Notes: generated from the sequence alone by a model not told the origin. Positions 51,157 to 63,987 are shown, counted from the whole stretch's first letter. The stretch is 63,987 nucleotides of DNA, filler included, from Octopus bimaculoides (GCF_001194135.2; 10 parts of 9 records of this genome joined end to end with filler, not necessarily neighbours in it); one strand, 5' to 3'. Numbers and translations: made by a program.

Positions 51157-52698
51157 AACAGTTGATTAGGATTACGTCGATCGTGGTCACGAGTTGCTTC
51201 AAACATGTGACTGACTTTTAGAATACTCTTGGGATGGGGACATTGATATATTAATTAGTTAATTAATCAATTAATAATATTCCATTCTTCCATTACAAAA
51301 TTTGGAACAATTTCTAAAAGATAACAACAATTTAACAAGTCCAAAAATTATGTATAGCATGAGGTAAATATGTTCAATGAAGCATAAAAATGGAAGGACA
51401 ATTGTAGTTCATATTATTTACGTTGAGTTAGATTCAGCTCTATACAGCTTAAAGTTTCTTAGGTTCGTGAAACGAACGTATTTCGTCCGGCTCATGAAAA
51501 CCTAAGGAGGCGAGTCCTCGATGGCATCTGGATATTAGGATAGGATGCTATTGGTCAACGCAGGTGACAACGATATATATATATATATATATAATAGAAA
51601 TATGTTACAAAAGCAAAATAGAAACTACACGTGGAAATGTAAGGGGAAGGTAAGAAGAATAAAAAGCGAAAATGCACATTGGAGATCAAAAAAATAAAGG
51701 CTTTTTATGAAGAGTAACGATAGATATATACAATTAGATGAACTGAGGTAGGAATAAAGGTAATAAAAGTCATTATTGTGAGTTGTTACAAAGATTCAAA
51801 AGCATACCGATTTCGTAATATTACTAATCATTGCTTTGAATGCACACCGAATATATATAATCAAAATAGGCAACAGAATATCAAGAAGTGATGCAGTACG
51901 ACCGTTTCAAGCGGCTCCATTTAATTGAACAATGCAATCATTACATCAATTTAAATACAGGGCTATCATCAGCTCCACAAATAAATAGAATTTTAATCAG
52001 TCGGACACAATATAATTTTACTCAAATACTTTATCAGAGTAAGAAAATGGAAGAAATCTATGTTATTACCATTGTAGGTAAGAATAAGCTATACTTCCGA
52101 GAATGGTAAGAAGCTCACTCGAGAAACAACGTCATCCTCGACCATATTTGAACTCAGAACGTAAACAGACATAACTCAATACTCCACGACATTTAAGTGT
52201 TCCTCAACTACAACTGCCACCTATCGTCCATTTTCTTTTCTTTCTAATAAACGACAGAGCTATCATATGTACTTTATACGATATGTAATTTTATAATTTA
52301 TAATTATGCATTATCAGCTAAAAAAAACAGATTCCTATAACTTTTGAAATATAAGATATAATTGCAAAGGGTTATTTTTCAGGAAGAATTTTTGAAATGT
52401 AATCACGAATCTCTGGAAATTTTTGTTTACATTAAAATGTCTAGTATAAGTGATTTAGGTTATGTTATGTTATGTATGTATGTATGTATGCATGCATTAT
52501 ATATATGTGTGTGTGTGCGTGCGTGTACACACACACACTTATACACATTACATGTATAAATATACTATTTATAAATACTCACACACACACATACACACGC
52601 ACGCACACACACAGAGATGTATACACATGTGTATGTATGAAAGTATGCATCTTTCTCTCTCCGTTCTCTCGCTCTCTCTCTTTGTCTGTATATATATA

Positions 52699-52741
<43 letters not shown>

Positions 52742-53029
52742 TATCACGTGTATATATGTATGTATTTTACACACACACACGTATATATGTGTTTGTTTGA
52801 ATGTGTGCTCTGTGTATGTGTGTGTGTCTGTGTGTAGGGCTAAATGTTATCGATGCTTGGACTCTACGGAGGCGACTTGGCAGAATCACCCGATCGCCTG
52901 ATAAAATGCCTTACATTGTTAGTTCAGGCCTTCTGCTGACGTAAATTTTTACCTTCCATTCTTACAGGCTCGATAAAAACATACCAGCTTCGTACTGAGG
53001 TTTCTCCTCGTTCTTCTTCTGTCTCACAC

Positions 53030-53096
<67 letters not shown>

Positions 53097-54459
53097 CGTT
53101 CTCTCCCGTTTTCTCTTTGTCTCTCCCTGTCTAGAAATAGTGGTGGAACACCACTTTCAATATCTACCTCTCTAACCACTTCTCATAGAAAACTGGTTCC
53201 AGCTGTAACCGTCCAAGATCGAACCGATCTACAGCACAGCTTGAAAGAGAAATAAAGAAAGAAAGCATCAATAACTATACAGTTTCTGTATTGTTATTTG
53301 ATAATCCATTCGTTAACCCTTCAACAAGTACGGCGAAATATTCCGTATTCTTAGTTATCAACTCGTATTTTTATACTATATAGGTTTACAAACAGTTTTA
53401 TAAATATAACATAAAATTTAATCTTTATAATAGTAAAATGGAACAGCCTGCTCGTGAAATTAACGTGCAAGTGGCTGAGCACTCCGCAGACACGTGTACC
53501 CTTAACGTAGTTCTCGGGGAGATTCACCGTGACACAGTGTGACAAGGCTGACCCTTTGAATTACAGGCGCAACAGAAACAGGAAGTAAGAGTGAGAGAAA
53601 GTGTGGTAAAAGAGTACAACAGGGTACGCCACCATCCCCTGCTGGAACCTCGTGGAGCTTTAGGTGTTTTCACTCAATAAACACACACAACACCCAGTTT
53701 GGGAATCGAAACCGCGATCCTATGACCACGAGTGCGCTGCCATAACCACTGGACCATTGCGCTTCCACTGTAGCTAAATATATATTGAAAAAAAAAATAC
53801 ACAAAAAAGAAAGAAAAAACTGAGAAATGGAGCGCCTTGATCAAAGACTGCCGACCAATTCAAGAATCGAAACGAAGACTTTACGATCAGAAGCACGAAA
53901 TACTAACAAGAGACTCAAGTGCCCTCTTCAAATTTATAGCCGAAGAATGTTTTCCACAATTTTTAATGTTTCTTTGGGCTTAGTTTTAAAAAATCTATTT
54001 TATGAAACAGTTCAACGCTCTTAATCTGCCTTGAGGTATCCCAGCAGGCTCTTTCATTCTCATTTTAATCGATTTTATGGAGAAAATAGGTTTAATTCGT
54101 GCACTTCTTTGCTGTGTGGTGTCGAAATTATCTTGTCTTGTCATACATATATAAATACATAAACACACACACACACACAAACATGTAAATATATACGTTA
54201 TATGTACATGTATATGTGTATATGTATGTATATATATATATGTATATATATATACACGCAAATATATATATATATATATACATGTATATATATGCATATA
54301 TATATATACATATATATATACATGCATATTGGCATTGTTGGCATGTAAATATATATTTATGTATATATATATATATATGTATAAATATATATATTTAAAT
54401 ATATATATATACAATATATATGTGTGTGTGTGTGTCAGTATGTATGTCGTACGTATGTG

Positions 54460-54498
<39 letters not shown>

Positions 54499-54799
54499 GT
54501 ATGTGGCTTAGTGGTTAGGGTGTTGCACTCACGATTGTAAGATTGTGAGTTCGATTCCTAGACCGGGTGACACTTTGTGTTCTTGAACAAATCACTGCAT
54601 TTTACGTTGCTCCAAACAACTCACCTAAGAAAAGCGAGTAATCCTGTGATAGACCAGCGTCCCATGGCAAGGGATCAATATATACGTCCTAAACGGCTTT
54701 ATGAGCTTATGACTCGGGGAGGACCTTATATATATAAGGTGGTTGCCAAGGGAGCTTCTCAAACACACAGCCACGTCTGCGCCTATAAAATATTTTAAA

Positions 54800-55190
54800 T
54801 ATATCTCCGACCCTTACGTCGGGCGAAATGCTTAGCGGCATTTCATCCGCATTTACGTTGTGAGTTCAAATTCCGCCGAGGTCAACTTTGCTTTTCATCC
54901 TTTCGGGGTCGATAAAATAATGACCAGTTGAGCACTAGGGTCGATGTAATCTGTTTAAGCCCATCCTCAAAATTGCTGGCTGTTTCAAAAATTTGACCCA
55001 ATATATCTTCCGTCCTTACGTCGGGCAAAATGCTTAACGGCATTTCGACCAGAACCTGCGGGGTCCGCTTTGCCTTTTCTGCTTTCATGGTCGATAAAAC
55101 AACTACCAGTTGAGTACTGGGGGTCAACGTGATTGACATACCCTTCCCCTGTAATGCCTGGCCTTGCGCAAATATTTTAAATCAATATGA
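54800..55190 (+). mobile_element. Two tandem 5'-truncated SINE family A copies
   Basis: Repeated ccttacgtcgggc(g/a)aaatgctt at about 54812 and 55013. Confidence 0.8.
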
Positions 55191-56006
55191 CTTCGGCCCT
55201 TTTAACAAAGCTGGGATGTTTTAATGTCGTTTGATAAAGTTTTTCATGTAGATCGGATATTTTTATAATGTAGCTTCGTCATTTTTAATGTGGCTTGGGT
55301 ATATATTTTATTTTAGGTTGCTACATGCATCATATATTTAATGTAGTTGGATATTTTTAATGTCACTTCGTAATTTTAATGTACACTGTATATATATATA
55401 TATATATATATNNNNNNNNNNNNNNNNNNNNNNNNNNNNNNNNNNNNNNNNNNNNNNNNNNNNNNNNNNNNNNNNNNNNNNNNNNNNNNNNNNNNNNNNN
55501 NNNNNNNNNNNNNNNNNNNNNNNNNNNNNNNNNNNNNNNNNNNNNNNNNNNNNNNNNNNNNNNNNNNNNNNNNNNNNNNNNNNNNNNNNNNNNNNNNNNN
55601 NNNNNNNNNNNNNNNNNNNNNNNNNNNNNNNNNNNNNNNNNNNNNNNNNNNNNNNNNNNNNNNNNNNNNNNNNNNNNNNNNNNNNNNNNNNNNNNNNNNN
55701 NNNNNNNNNNNNNNNNNNNNNNTATATATATATATATATTCATATATGTATATTTATACACACACATATAAAATAAACATATATATATTCATATATGTAT
55801 ATTTATACACACACATATAAAATAAACATATACATATGTATGTATGTGTATAAGTATGTAAATATGTACATGTATATATATATATATGTAAATATGTATG
55901 CATATATGAAAGTATATATATAACCACATATATATACACATATATATGTATATATGGATATATATATACGTATATGTATGTACGTAAGTAAGTATGTATT
56001 TGTGTG

Positions 56007-56058
<52 letters not shown>

Positions 56059-56170
56059 CACATACACACACATATATATATACATATACACAAACATATA
56101 TACACACATATACGCACACACACATATATACGTACACACACACACACACACACAGACATACACACACACA

Positions 56171-56207
<37 letters not shown>

Positions 56208-56617
56208 TGTGGCGTAGATGTTTTTAATGTAGATTGGATATTTTAAATCTAAAATATTATTTATGGTTTTCACTCTTGGAATTTATATTGTTCGTCAAAT
56301 TTAACTGCTTCCACCCAACCACACACATATATACGTATATACAGTGTATATATGTGTGTGTATGTGTATANNNNNNNNNNNNNNNNNNNNNNNNNNNNNN
56401 NNNNNNNNNNNNNNTTAATTAATTAANNNNNNNNNNNNNNNNNNNNNNNNNNNNNNNNNNNNNNNNNNNNTATATATATATATATATATATACACATACA
56501 TGCACACACACACATATATAATATATATACACACACATGCACACACACACACACATAATATATATACACACACACACACATATATACATGTGTGTGGGTA
56601 TGTCTGTGTACATATAT

Positions 56618-56648
<31 letters not shown>

Positions 56649-56859
56649 TGTGAGTGTATGCCTATATATATATATATATATACATATTTCTACGTGAAAT
56701 GAGTCAGATCAGGGTAGATATGAAACATAAACCAAAAAGATGTTGAGATGGTTTGTTTTGGCAGTGAACATGAAAGATTCCAGACAAATAGTTTGTCCCG
56801 GTAAAATGGTACAGGTGGCAGAAATGTCTTGGAGCTATTAAGATCAATGTACCAAAAGG

Positions 56860-56877
56860 TCACACCAATTCCAGAAC
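56860..56877 (-). CDS. COP1: COP1 terminal coding exon (VLELV*)
   Basis: Acceptor ttctctgttgcag then GTT CTG GAA TTG GTG TGA. Gives the conserved C-terminus ANSQGTIKVLELV. No poly(A) signal was recognised before the gap at 56371. Confidence 0.95.
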   Translation of the reverse strand, partial: VLELV

Positions 56878-57342
56878 CTGCAACAGAGAACATTAGACAC
56901 ATTAGACAAAAGGCGGTAACTTAATATGAAACAATGTGTGTTCACACAAGCACACACACACACATGCAAACTCACATGAACAGAAGCTCACATATACATG
57001 CATACTAGCTCTCGTACATACATATGTGCACATACACAGACTCAAACACACATACTCATGCACACTCACACAAAAGTTAACATTCATACATCATACAAAT
57101 GCACACAAGCATGCACACACTGACACATATATGAATGCATATATACACACACACTCACATGAGCTCACATACACTTATACATGAGCTCACTCATACAAGC
57201 TCACATACACTATACATACACATGCTCATATATACACACAAACTAAGAAGCTCACACACATTCATGCACACACATTCATACACACACACACAGAGCTTAC
57301 ATATACATGGACTCATACAAACTTTCACAATACATAACTCAC

Positions 57343-57387
57343 CTTTATGGTACCCTGGCTGTTAGCAGCAACAAGGACATTAGAGCC
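57343..57387 (-). CDS. COP1: COP1 penultimate coding exon
   Basis: Acceptor ttctcttttacag, donor gtgagt. GSNVLVAANSQGTIK. Confidence 0.96.
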
Positions 57388-58635
57388 CTGTAAAAGAGAA
57401 GCAGAAAAACCCATCAGAATCAATAAATAAACAAACATCAATGAACTCCGGGAGGGGAAAGCACAGGGAATGTGACATTCAGTGGAGGGGAGGGAGAGAA
57501 AATACATTGGATTTCCAGAACTCCAGAGCATCACATATCTATTAATTAGACAACACTGTCAACACACACACAATCATCATCATTCTAATGTCAGCTTTTC
57601 CATGCTTGCACATATCAGAAGGAATTCGTTGAAGTTTTTTCTACGACTGGATGGATGCCCTTCCTAGTGCCACCCCCTCTCCTGTTTCCAGGTAAGGTAA
57701 TATTTCCCCGTAGCTTGACATGTTTTTCACAGAAGACCACAAGTGAACAACATCACTGGTATGACAATAATAGTTCTTCACAGCCATCACATGCTGCCGA
57801 GAGACACACACACACACACACACATACATGTGTGTGTGTATGTATGTAATTAGGAAAGGCATATTGGGATTAAGAAGAGCATCCAGCAATAGAAACCAAG
57901 CCAAATGAGACTTGAACTTGGTACAGCTCTCTGGCTTGCTAGCTCTGGTCAAACTGTTTAACCCATACCAGTATGGATAACAGACATTAGAGGATAATGA
58001 TGATATCTATACACATACACACACGATGGGCTTCCACACAGTTTCCATCTAACTCCAATCAAAAGGCTTTAGTCAGCCAGAGGCTATAGTAAAGGACACT
58101 TGCCCAAGATGTCATGCACTGGGGCTGATCCCAATATATACACACACACACACACACATATATATATGCATACGTACACACATGCACACACTCAAATACA
58201 TACACGTACATGTGTGAGATGGACAAAAGTCATTGCCTTTACATGTCATAAATCATGAATGTATGGAGAGAGTTTGAAATGGTCAAAGAAGAATTTCGAT
58301 ATCTGTCGGCAAGTAGAAATTAATGTTTAAAGATTTGAACAGGAAGATGGTTGATATATAAACATCAACAGAAAAAAAAAAAACAATAAACTATTCCTTT
58401 CAAACAAAACAAAAAACCCCACATTGTGATATTTGTTTTGCCCAAGTTGCACAATCACTCCTGGTCCCTCTAATCATACAGAGGGTCCAAGAATGACTGC
58501 TTAGAAACTTACTAACCAATCCTGGTGAGGGGGAGGTGGCGAATGGGGGGAGCAGATGTGGGGAGGTAGTGGTAGGCAGCAGATTGGGGGAAGCAGAGGT
58601 GGCGGACAAGGGGAGACAATGGACAATACACTTAC

Positions 58636-58695
58636 TGGTCTCCAAGTTACAGCACTGACAAACTCATTGGCATCATCTTCCTTTTTATCTTTCTC
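58636..58695 (-). CDS. COP1: COP1 exon (3rd from last)
   Basis: Acceptor ctttatttcag, donor gtaagt. EKDKKEDDANEFVSAVTWRP matches the COP1 EDDxNEFVSAVxW motif. Confidence 0.96.
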
Positions 58696-59295
58696 CTGAA
58701 ATAAAGAATCAGTAAAATAAGAATCAACTCTGGAATGAGTTTCTACAATGGATGTGTTTCTTGGTTTTCTATACTGAGTTGTGTGTGTGTGTGTGTGTTA
58801 TGAATATTGTTTTAAAGTACAGACTACAGGTACGAAGAAGAGCAGGACAGAGTACAAAATAAAAGTCACTTTACACTTAGCATTAATTATTGTATTTAGT
58901 TGTGTTTAAGTTGCACTAATTTAGACTTTACTTTAACTGGGGAATAATTTATACACGGGGCAAAGATAAAAATATGGACAGAAACAACTGTAGCAAGATT
59001 TAACATTAAATTACTATAAGTGCAACGTATATGGGACAAAGCAAAAACTATGAAGGGTAACGATTTTGTATTAAGATTTAATACCAAATTAGGGGCGCAA
59101 CTTCTACACAAATAAATACAGTTAACTAACCCTGATGAAGGTAAAAAAACATAGTCAAGGAAAATAACCCAAGTACCAAAAATGAAAGTAAGCAAATAAA
59201 AAAATTATTTATGAAATACTTCAATAAAAATATTAAAATTGATACAAAGAATATGAAACAGTAATGATAGAGATAAAAATAAGAGTTAAACTGAC

Positions 59296-59384
59296 CAGTA
59301 CACTTCGGACAGTATCAAATTTGTAGGTCATCAACTGTTTGGAGAGTCCTTTATAATATATATACAGAGCGTTGTTTTCACTAC
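59296..59384 (-). CDS. COP1: E3 ubiquitin ligase COP1/RFWD2, WD40 region exon (4th from last)
   Basis: Minus-strand acceptor ccttttccatttcag, donor gtcagt. (G)[29 protein letters not shown] matches the COP1 motif GSENNSLYxYYKGLSK. Confidence 0.96.
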
Positions 59385-59714
59385 CTGAAATGGAAAAGGG
59401 TTTGTAAGTTCAAATCTGACCTCAGGGTTCCACCCCCAAAAACATCATTTTACAATCTGTTTCACCATGCTTGGATGGATCCTCATCAGCGCAGCAATGA
59501 CTCATTAATCACTGCATTCCATTATCCTCTCTATGGACCAGCATTCTGATTTAGCATGAGACCCTACAAGGTCGACATCTGTGGAATTTGAACTCGGAAC
59601 ATGGCAGCAGATGAAATACCATTAAGCATTTCACCTGGCTTGCTATCAATTCTGCCAGGTAATTAACAACAATAACAATGATTTCTTTTATAATAATAAT
59701 AATAATAATAATAA

Positions 59715-60307
59715 CACTGATCAACACAATTTTTCTGCTGGGGTAAGAAACCTTTCTTTGCTAATTTTGGGGTACTGAATCCAAAAATGACCTCCATTTT
59801 CTCCCATCACGTCAGGTTTGGGCTGTATAAAAACCCTTTTTTTTTTTTTTAAATCACTATTTTTGACCAAAAATGCTATTGTGTCCTGATATTTCTAAAT
59901 ACTATTTTTAGTTCTTCAAGCCATAACAATGCAAATTGGCATTGAAACAAACACTATAAACATTACTGTCATGCAAGGAGAGTATACGCCTGTGGACAAA
60001 AGGTACTCAAACCTCCCTTAAATTTGGGATTCCGATGATATGGCGTGAACCGAAGAATCATTACGACGATTACTACTTTTGCATGGTTAGTTTGGACGGA
60101 TTCAACAAGAAGAACAGAGAGAAAATATCCTACCCCTCCATTCCCTCTGCTATTCAGCCCGTACCACATTCTGAAGATTTTCCAGCTCCAGTTTTCAAGG
60201 GATTTGCTGATATTCCAGTTCCCGCTGTAGTCACACGACTTGCACAAGAACCAGAGAATGAGGAGATGACTGAAAGTGATTCTAACCCTGATTTTGATAA
60301 TGCCAGT
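59715..60307 (+). mobile_element. Chapaev3-like transposon 5' part (in a COP1 intron)
   Basis: TAA|CACTG terminus directly after (TAA)n. CKESIRLWTKG...PMIWREPKNHYDDYYFCMV...YPSIPSAIQPVPHS is the N-terminal block of the same transposase family. Ends at a gap. Confidence 0.75.
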
Positions 60308-60407
60308 NNNNNNNNNNNNNNNNNNNNNNNNNNNNNNNNNNNNNNNNNNNNTTAATTAATTAANNNNNNNNNNNNNNNNNNNNNNNNNNNNNNNNNNNNN
60401 NNNNNNN

Positions 60408-61545
60408 TGAATTGGCTGATCAATTCCCTATGGTTAGGGGCGGTTTATATAGGGACGGTTTATATAGGGACGATTGTCTTATTTATATTATGAATTATTC
60501 TACTCAATGTTTGCAGAGACTTAAAGATAGGTTATCTAGATTTTTTTAATAGGGTGGGAATGAGTGTCACTTACGATGATGATATTTCGCTAGCTAATTA
60601 TTTAGATGTGACACTTGATATAAAAAATGATACGTATAGACCGTACCATAAACCGTCTACTAATTTGAAATATATAAGTAGATGGAGTACCACCCTAGAA
60701 GTATTATTGACAATTTAGTTAGAAATATTTCGATTAGGCTTTCTAAGTTATCTGCTAATCGTGTTGTTTTCGATAATGAAGCTCCTTTTTATAATGAAGC
60801 TCTAAATAGGGCTGGTTTTAAAGGTAAGGTTTATTATGTTGAACCTAAATCTGGTGAGGTTAGAGTAAATAGGGATGTTAGGAATAATAAGGCTAGGTTG
60901 GTTAGGAGTAATAATAAAAAATATTATGATCATATATATAATCGTAATAATGTCATGCGTTTTGGTAGCTCAGTTTAGGGAGGGAATTAGTAAGCATTTC
61001 CCTACAAATTCGCGTTACGGTAAAATTATTAATACGCATAGTGTTAGGTTTGGTTTTTCCAATACTAAGAACCTAGAGCAGATTATTGCAGCACATAATT
61101 CTAAAGTTCTTAAGACAGGCATGAATGGAATGAATAGGGATGAGGACCCTCACTATAGGTTCTAAAATTGAGGTAACTGAGATTAATCAAAGGAGGTTAA
61201 AGTTTGAGGGTCCGAACGTGAGATTAAGGAATATAGTGTATCAGTGTAAGGTTAAGAGTGATACAGATGTTAGTGTTTATGTGGGTTGTTCTTCGGATAA
61301 GATTTGTAGGAGAATTTCTTGTCACTTTAATACGTTTAGAGATAGTACTAGTCTTAGTAAGTTTATTTGGGGGTTAAAAGAACAAAATAAGAACTTTTCG
61401 TTAGAATGGTCTGTTATAGGGAGAGATTTCCCATACGATAAGGGTAGGAGGTATTGGAACTTGTGCAATCTTGAGTTGTTTTTATTCTATTTTCTAAGCA
61501 TAAATTAATTAATAAACTAACATATAATGGGTTCAGATGTGTTCA
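60408..61545 (+). mobile_element. Penelope-like element (RT C-terminus plus GIY-YIG), degenerate
   Basis: NYLDVTLDIKNDTYRPYHKP, ISIRLSKLSANRVVFDNEAPFYNEALNRAG and NIVYQCKV...VYVGCSS...RISCH, with frameshifts. Flanked by gaps. Confidence 0.9.
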
Positions 61546-61945
61546 NNNNNNNNNNNNNNNNNNNNNNNNNNNNNNNNNNNNNNNNNNNNTTAATTAATTA
61601 ANNNNNNNNNNNNNNNNNNNNNNNNNNNNNNNNNNNNNNNNNNNNATATATATATATATATATATATATATACAAAATATGGGGGTTTAGTTCACAGATG
61701 ATCTGTTATTGATCGCTGATATGTTCACATCTGTTTCTGGATATTCACAGTTTCAGAACTTTTAACCTTCATGGATTTACACAGGAATATACCTAAGGAC
61801 TTACGGACTTACCTGTACACGATCGGAAAGTTGAACTGTGAACTTTTATGCTTCTTTTTTCTTCTTTCTTCATCTCCTTAGTCCGTTTCTCCTGTCTTCT
61901 ATGTCATCATTTCCTTAATCGACACCCTTCTCATTTCCCCTATTT

Positions 61946-62001
61946 GTCTCTGATGACGAAATATCCCATACTCAGGGATATCACAGAAATAGCTGTAAGA
62001 C
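61946..62001 (+). ncRNA. Hammerhead ribozyme motif (core intact, base of stem II mismatched)
   Basis: GTCT-CTGATGA-cgaATATCCC atactca GGGATATcaca-GAAAT-AGCT-GTA-AGAC: stem I GTCT/AGAC, 7-bp helix ATATCCC/GGGATAT, GUA triplet. Confidence 0.65.
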
Positions 62002-62636
62002 TTTGAATTTTTTCCATTAATAAGAATATATGTGACTTGAAATGTTTGCCTTGCCTTAGCCTTTGTTGTCCTCTTTAACAATTATATATATAAAAGAAAC
62101 AAGTTAAAAATAATAGTCATTACATATAATTCCTTTATTAGAGCAAATTTGGCTTACAGCTGTTTCCAGTCGTCATTACATGTACATTACTGATAGGTTT
62201 ACTCAATTGGTTTATTGATCAACTGAGGTAAATTGAAGGACCTCAGAAAATTAAAGCTACTTTCGTCATCACCATTGCTGAAGGTAACAATATACATGCA
62301 CGTGTGCACGACGGCGTAGTTTAGAGTAAAAAGTTGCAAATGTTGCCCAGTAACAACCAATATAGATCAAATCTAGTGGAGAGATGTACAGATGTGTAGA
62401 TAAGTGCTGGCTACATGTATCGACCTTATAACACTTGGAGTATTAATATATGTAAGTTTATATAATATCCCTAGGTATTTAGCTGTTATTCCGGTAATGT
62501 CTTAACGAGCATATATAGCAACGTAGATTTATCCACAATTAAAGATAATTACTACTGTATGAAGAACGTGACTGTGAATATTGTAGTTTTGACTCATTAA
62601 ATCATTTGGATTTCTTTCATATTTGTTTCTTCTCAG

Positions 62637-62738
62637 GATATACAATTGGCCCACATGTTTAAGGATTTGATAGAAAAGGATGGCAGATTTGAACTAATTG
62701 GTGAAAATATAATGTCACTTGTGTGCTTTCGCCTGAAG
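62637..62738 (+). CDS. DDC: Group II PLP-dependent decarboxylase (DDC/TDC-like), single internal exon
   Basis: Acceptor tttgtttcttctcag, donor AAG|gtaaat. 102 nt, phase 0-0: DIQLAHMFKDLIEKDGRFELIGENIMSLVCFRLK matches the DDC-family segment HxxLAxxFExLVxxDxRFEI...LVCFRLK. DDC versus TDC/HDC paralogue cannot be resolved from one exon. Confidence 0.85.
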
Positions 62739-62892
62739 GTAAATAATTATTTATTCATGCAGTTATTGTCGTTGATATTAGCTGTGTGATTANNNNNNNN
62801 NNNNNNNNNNNNNNNNNNNNNNNNNNNNNNNNNNNNTTAATTAATTAANNNNNNNNNNNNNNNNNNNNNNNNNNNNNNNNNNNNNNNNNNNN

Positions 62893-62933
<41 letters not shown>

Positions 62934-63668
62934 AAATTGAGAACGTGGAACAGGTAAAATGCACGCTACATATGTTACACGCTGTTATTTGCTTTGAGAT
63001 CCACTATTTCAAAAAAAGTATATACATACACACAGACACAGGCACACGCATACGCACACACATATACACACATACAGCACGCACACACACACAGAGGAAA
63101 ACAAAACAGCCTATACAAAGCTCTATTTTGCGTCACAATCTATGTTTGATGGAGTTCGTTCGATAAATTATCCAAAAATATAATTTTATTAGACGATCCG
63201 CAGGCTGAAAAGTTACATTAGATTTGAATTATTCTCGGAATAGTAAAATGACCATAGAAAAATATTTCTCAATGACTGTCCTATCTGGAAAATAGGACAA
63301 TCATTGACAAAGAAGTTCAACCTCAATTTCTATTGAAATGTTATACTTCACAGATTTTCCATTGCATAAAGTAATTTAGTAACGCAGACTTAGTGCTTCA
63401 AAAGCAACCTAGATGCGAAGGTAGAGAGAAAATTTTGGATTTTTGTTCCGTGTGTCAGTCAAATTATCGATAAAGTTTGATGTTTTCAAAAGTTTGAATT
63501 CCGATCATCGTGAATCCGCTATTCAACACTTATTCTATTCAACACCATAGCCTTCTCACATCGCTGTGCAATATCTTATATTTCTTAACGATTGTGCAAA
63601 ATGAAAGTATTTAGTTGGTGGTTTCTGCAGTTCTTAACATCACTTTGCAATATAGCATTCATTGCTTC

Positions 63669-63987
63669 TTATTCTGATCCCCTATAGAATGACTTCGTTG
63701 TGATGCAGCCGCTCAAGGTGGACCCGGGACGGCAAAGTTGTTGCAGAGCAACGCGACACTCACGGTGCCATTCGCCATTCCTCGGCCTCTTTTTGATCCA
63801 TGACTGCAGCTCGGTCATGGAGACGAGCTGCGGGAAAGCGCGTCGCACAAACGGCGACCACACCTGCTCACCGTCGTCTACGTAGAGCCGGAGATGTCGC
63901 AGTCTCAGCGCATGTCTGCGCATCATCAACCACGGCATGCCCAGCCCTCCTTTCAGCGGGTGTTGGCAACAAACGGATCGCCTCACC
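63669..63987 (-). mobile_element. L1/Tx1-like LINE fragment, continues beyond the window
   Basis: VCCQHPLKGGLGMPWLMMRRHALRLRHL resembles the post-RT P...GGLG motif. GC-rich relative to its flanks. Confidence 0.65.

Noticed and set aside
59445-59495. CTGATGA...GAAACAGATTGTA on the COP1 sense strand
   Set aside because: Stem I cannot form and the base of stem II is mismatched. It is too decayed to count.

Overview
AT-rich, microsatellite-saturated, gapped eukaryotic scaffold. The SINE, R4/Dong, Penelope and microsatellite landscape suggests an octopus genome, probably O. bimaculoides (inference, not a database result). Three host-gene fragments were rebuilt by hand from splice sites: (1) six in-frame + strand exons (10021-26484, 200 codons) of an RI-type leucine-rich-repeat gene resembling LRRC74A/B, (2) the last four coding exons of the E3 ligase COP1/RFWD2 on the - strand (59384-56860), and (3) one + strand exon (62637-62738) of a group II PLP-dependent aromatic amino acid decarboxylase (DDC-like), which appears to lie antisense within a COP1 intron. 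The rest is mostly transposon debris: R4/Dong, RTE, Hero/NeSL-like and L1/Tx1-like LINEs, Penelope-like elements (PLEs), a Gypsy fragment, mariner, Tc1, Chapaev3-like, hAT/mariner/Tc2 MITEs, a 91-bp Helitron and at least four SINE families. The most notable non-obvious signal is about 10 minimal type-I hammerhead-ribozyme motifs, several inside fold-back elements. One (7042-7121, - strand) has a fully intact catalytic core and its own antisense arm about 80 bp away. Hammerheads in PLE pseudo-LTRs and retrozymes are known in animals, so the class is not new; these loci, their density and the antisense-arm arrangement are worth testing. Nearly all long entries in the supplied ORF track are artefacts of N-gaps or microsatellites.
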